Source: an uncultured virus (IMG/VR IMGVR_UViG_3300049448_000779)
Lineage: Duplodnaviria; Heunggongvirae; Uroviricota; Caudoviricetes
IMG/VR virus record: IMGVR_UViG_3300049448_000779
Length of the DNA stretch: 20,000 bases
Direction: 5' to 3' (one strand)
Shown here: in pieces, positions 16,758-20,000 of the stretch
Layout of the letters: the number at the start of each line of letters is the position of its first letter
How positions within the stretch are numbered: position 1 is the first letter of the stretch
Position numbers and translations under genes: made by a program
The notes under the pieces: generated by a model
Told to the model about the DNA's origin: nothing
The model's database searches: none
The model's input: the letters and a program-made list of their open reading frames with translations, nothing else

Positions 16758-17141
16758 TTACCTGTCCTGTGAGGTTCCACCGTCCGGAGCCGTGGTCGGC
16801 AGCCCTGCACCTGGAGGGGCGGGAGCTGCGCAGCGCACGATGACGAGAGCGTTGGAGGACCCTGCGTCTCGAATCACGATTTCGCGGATGCCATAGGCGC
16901 AGTTTGGGAGACTAAAAAACGTAGTGTGCGAGAGGTTGAACACGGAGCCATCGTAGGTTGAGTCGTCTCGACATGGCTTATCGCCAGCTTCGCAACGCAC
17001 CAAGGGACCCAGTGGGCCGGTCTCCGCGTCCGGGCGCCGGTGCAAGACCACGTTGCTCGCGCAAGCGGAAGCAACCAACGCGCTCAGCAGACCCGCCACT
17101 CCACACCAACAGCATGTCCAAACCCACTCTGGGAGCCGCAT
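16758..17141 (-). CDS. Putative Cys-rich lipoprotein/secreted protein
   Basis: Hydrophobic N-terminus ending in lipobox-like 'LVASAC'; four further Cys; 3 nt from the oxidoreductase start. Confidence 0.65.
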   Translation of the reverse strand: MRLPEWVWTCCWCGVAGLLSALVASACASNVVLHRRPDAETGPLGPLVRCEAGDKPCRDDSTYDGSVFNLSHTTFFSLPNCAYGIREIVIRDAGSSNALVIVRCAAPAPPGAGLPTTAPDGGTSQDR

Positions 17142-17155
17142 CGAACCCCTTCCCC

Positions 17156-17776
17156 TCAGTCCTCAGTTTCTGCCCAACGCAGCTGCTCCAAGAGTTGGGG
17201 CACCGTATTGGCACCTAGCTCCGTGAACCGGAGGGTGCGGAAGTGCTTGATCGGGTAGTAAGACTTTCCGCTAGCTGAACGGCGTACAAAGTCCTGTTGG
17301 TTAGCTGGGCGCTGCTCGAATCCATAGAATCGCTCGCCCTCCGTCAGCGGAGCCCTGTTGAATCCCTTGAAGATCTCGAGACTCTGCGTGTCGAGATTGA
17401 CCACGTAGGCGAACTCACAAAAGAGACTGTCGCCCGCGAAGTCCAGGGAGAGGCAGACCTCGGGCGCCTCGATGTTCTCTACGTAGCCCAGGATCTGGCT
17501 GCTGCATCGTCGGCTCAGGTGGAAGACCTCAAACGGGACACCAAAACTAAAGCGAGGCTCCCCCAGAGCCTCGGCGGCGGCCCATCGCGCCCTCACCTCT
17601 TCGGCACTCAAAACCTTGATTTTGTCCACCTGGGAGGAGAATCGTTTCAGGTCAACAGCGGTCAAGAACCCGATGACGTTCTTGCCTTGGCCTTCAACGT
17701 ACCCGTCCCACAGACCGCGTTGAGCTACGCGGTACTCGCCGCCCTTGACCACGCAAATCAAATGTTGAGTGCCCAT
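17156..17776 (-). CDS. Phage-type hypothetical protein (MGTxH...WDGY.EGQG...DSLFCEFAYVVNLD)
   Basis: 206 aa from ATG 17776, 9 nt after GGTGTA. Confidence 0.8.
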   Translation of the reverse strand: MGTQHLICVVKGGEYRVAQRGLWDGYVEGQGKNVIGFLTAVDLKRFSSQVDKIKVLSAEEVRARWAAAEALGEPRFSFGVPFEVFHLSRRCSSQILGYVENIEAPEVCLSLDFAGDSLFCEFAYVVNLDTQSLEIFKGFNRAPLTEGERFYGFEQRPANQQDFVRRSASGKSYYPIKHFRTLRFTELGANTVPQLLEQLRWAETED

Positions 17777-17803
17777 CACGGTAATTACACCGTCGCGCCC
17801 AGT

Positions 17804-18742
17804 TCACGTTCCGAGCGGGACATGATCCGCGAAGAGCTTCTCGTAGTATTCAGCCGTGTGCGTCTTGCCGATGTCTAGCGTGAAGTTTGGCGGCTCGCGG
17901 ACCACCAACTTAGCTTTGAACTCGCGAGCGTCTCGAACGCTGATCCCAAACGCCGCCGCCAGCTCCTCTGGGCTCTTCTCGGCCGCGCCCTCAGCCAAGA
18001 TGCGAAGCTCCTGTTGGCTGAAGTCCTTCGCCATCAAGTCGAAGTCGACCCACGCCTCGAAGCTCAGCGGGGCGACCCGTTGGAGAATGCCAGCCATCAC
18101 GTTGGCGAAGACGCGGATCTCGTATTGCGCATGCTCGTCGCAACGCAGCCGCAGAAAGTGCATCAGGTTGTGGAGGTCGATCTTCCAGTACCACTGGGTG
18201 TATGTGGAGAGCGGGAGATCGACGCGGGCCAGCTCGCGTGCGATGCCTTCTTGGATCAGCTCGCTGTACTGATTGACCATGAGCTGCCGGTTGTACTGCA
18301 TCTCGGTGGCCAAGCGCGTGTACTTGGTCTCATCGACAGGCTTGCCAGCGCGCCCTTGCTTGTTGTCGGTGCTCTGCAGCTTCATCTGCTCCCGCTCCGG
18401 CAAGTGGAAAACCATCGACATCAAGCTGTACCTAGCTGACTGCTCGTTAAGCGCCGCGGTCCGATGCCGCACCCACTGCCTGGCGACAAAGATGGGCATG
18501 CAGCAGTGAAGCGTCACCTCGCTCATCTCGAACGGGCTCGTATGACGGTGCCGCTTGAGATAGCGGATCAACCCGCGGGTCTGGCTCGTCGCGCGGGTAC
18601 CGTGACCGTAGCTGACTCGAGCCGCACGCTCGATTGCCTCGTCGCCGCCCATGTAATCGACCAGGGCGACGAACCCATGGTCGAGAACCGGAAAGTAGAG
18701 GCCCAGGATTTCTTCGGCTGATGCAACCGTGGTGCGAGGCAT
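17804..18742 (-). CDS. thyX: Flavin-dependent thymidylate synthase
   Basis: 'AARVSY', 'HTSPFE', signature 'RHRTAALNEQSARY', 'HAQYEIR'; start reassigned to ATG 18742. Confidence 0.96.
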   Translation of the reverse strand: MPRTTVASAEEILGLYFPVLDHGFVALVDYMGGDEAIERAARVSYGHGTRATSQTRGLIRYLKRHRHTSPFEMSEVTLHCCMPIFVARQWVRHRTAALNEQSARYSLMSMVFHLPEREQMKLQSTDNKQGRAGKPVDETKYTRLATEMQYNRQLMVNQYSELIQEGIARELARVDLPLSTYTQWYWKIDLHNLMHFLRLRCDEHAQYEIRVFANVMAGILQRVAPLSFEAWVDFDLMAKDFSQQELRILAEGAAEKSPEELAAAFGISVRDAREFKAKLVVREPPNFTLDIGKTHTAEYYEKLFADHVPLGT

Positions 18743-18751
18743 GGGTCTAGT

Positions 18752-18757
18752 TACACC
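18752..18757 (-). promoter_or_regulatory. GGTGTA putative phage promoter element (representative copy)
   Basis: Same hexamer at 2377, 6341, 6589, 10562, 11619, 11776 and 17786, each shortly upstream of a minus-strand start codon. Confidence 0.65.
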
Positions 18758-18834
18758 ACCTTCACACCTGTTGACTCCAACTCCCACCCATCCCAGTGGC
18801 AATTTGGCCCAGGATCTTGACCGTTCCCCTTCTC

Positions 18835-19062
18835 TCATGCATCCGGGTCGATCTCGGGAACGTCCCACACGACTTGAGTGCATCCGCCGTGCCCGTGGAC
18901 ATGGATAGCGTCTTCAAGATTGGCGTAGAAGGTCGTGGAAGGATGCTCGCTCATCCAGTGCAGAGCCACGGAGCCATCCGAGAACAAGGCCAGTTCAGCG
19001 ACTCGTCCTGTCCCTGAAACACCAGAACAGTCGACTTCACGTTGCAAATGACCAATGCGCAT
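18835..19062 (-). CDS. Small phage-type hypothetical protein (SGVSGTGRVAE...VHGHGG)
   Basis: ATG 19062 after AAGGAG; 75 aa. Confidence 0.8.
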   Translation of the reverse strand: MRIGHLQREVDCSGVSGTGRVAELALFSDGSVALHWMSEHPSTTFYANLEDAIHVHGHGGCTQVVWDVPEIDPDA

Positions 19063-19124
19063 TGGCGATCTCCTTGCTCCCCAGACGGGGAACACCCATA
19101 GCGGAGCTATAGAAGCGTCCGTAC

Positions 19125-20000
19125 CTAACGCTGGCCCACAGCGAAAAGCTCCATGATATCCGGTACTTGAAACAGCCAGCCTTCGGGCTCTCCGAGGATG
19201 ACCAATTCATTGATTTTTCCGCGTTTAGTTGCGTCTGCGTTGACCGAGCGGCGCGCCTGAACAGTGCGGATCTGGAAACCTTCGTAAAGCTTCCTAGTCA
19301 CTGGGGAATCGCTGTTGGATTGAACGCAGTAGACTCCACGACACACGAGCTGCCGGCACAGGTCCGCGAGGCGCGCCTGCTCGTCGGGTCCGAACTTGCC
19401 AGCATAGGTGGTAAAGTTCGCGGTACTAGAGATCGGCACGTACGGAGGGTCGAGGTACACGACGTCTCCGGCGCGGGCATCGAGCAGAGCCTCTTCAAAG
19501 TCCCCCGCACGAATCTCTACCCCCTGCAACTCACGACTACAGTCGCGGAGGTTCGCCAAATCGTACAGCCTAGGATTCTCGTAGCGACCAAAGGGAACGT
19601 TGAACTTGCCGGCCTTGTTTACACGGTGGAGGCCGTTGAAAGCCGTCTTGTTCAGGTAGACCATCCGGACCGCCTTCCCAATCACGTCTGGGGGCTCGGA
19701 GGCCCGTACGTCCAAGAAGTGCTCTTTGGTGTTCCAGTCGGGGATGAGAAGTAGCTGTTCCAGGCCATTGATCAGCTCGTCCAGGTGATCCCGAAGCACA
19801 CGGTACAGATTGGTCAACTCGGGATTGAAGTCGTTGATCACGGCTCGAGAGAACCGCCGCTTACCCGCAAATGAGAAGAACGCCGCGCCGCCACCTATGA
19901 AGGGTTCGTAGTAGGTGCCCTGGGTGCATGGGATCAGGCGAGTCAGCTGTGGCAAGAGTTGAGTCTTGCCCCCCGCCCATTTTAGGACAGGCTTGGCCAC
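19125..20000 (-). CDS. dam: DNA adenine methyltransferase, Dam/D12 class
   Basis: 'LKWAGGK', 'YYEPFIGGGA', 'FNVPFG' and catalytic 'DPPY'. GTG start at the window edge. Confidence 0.95.
   Translation of the reverse strand: MAKPVLKWAGGKTQLLPQLTRLIPCTQGTYYEPFIGGGAAFFSFAGKRRFSRAVINDFNPELTNLYRVLRDHLDELINGLEQLLLIPDWNTKEHFLDVRASEPPDVIGKAVRMVYLNKTAFNGLHRVNKAGKFNVPFGRYENPRLYDLANLRDCSRELQGVEIRAGDFEEALLDARAGDVVYLDPPYVPISSTANFTTYAGKFGPDEQARLADLCRQLVCRGVYCVQSNSDSPVTRKLYEGFQIRTVQARRSVNADATKRGKINELVILGEPEGWLFQVPDIMELFAVGQR

Noticed and set aside
1..20000. Genome-wide TAG reassignment (alternative genetic code)
   Set aside because: Recognisable long genes have no internal TAG, and several end at TAG at sensible positions (kinase, oxidoreductase, dam). 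The two internal TAGs therefore appear local.

Overview
GC-rich, gene-dense segment of a large tailed-phage (or phage-like) genome. Most genes are short hypotheticals. Recognisable cargo includes ThyX, a Dam-family methyltransferase, a dNMP kinase, a 2H phosphoesterase, a J-domain protein, an XRE-HTH protein, a zinc-ribbon protein and an FAD oxidoreductase/lipoprotein pair. The main observation is absent from the supplied ORF track and concerns a minus-strand operon (6317->3640). It opens with a 22-codon leader ORF, MQIIGHFW-[UAG]-ISSPRARGPPVAV. The leader's arrest-like RGPP codons overlap the 5' arm of a hairpin that sequesters the next gene's Shine-Dalgarno. The operon ends with a Pth2-like peptidyl-tRNA hydrolase gene that also has an in-frame UAG, in the identical 13-nt context GTAGATCTCTAGT. 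TAG is an ordinary stop elsewhere in the window, so this looks like a doubly amber-readthrough-gated translational switch controlling a peptidyl-tRNA hydrolase (inference). Also seen: a recurrent GGTGTA motif upstream of starts (exactly 9 nt before ATG in four genes lacking a Shine-Dalgarno), N-terminal modules (MxYDY/F; MxKIA...LSxRV) shared by unrelated proteins, and a LemA-like remnant. All family calls come from motif recognition by eye; no searches were run.
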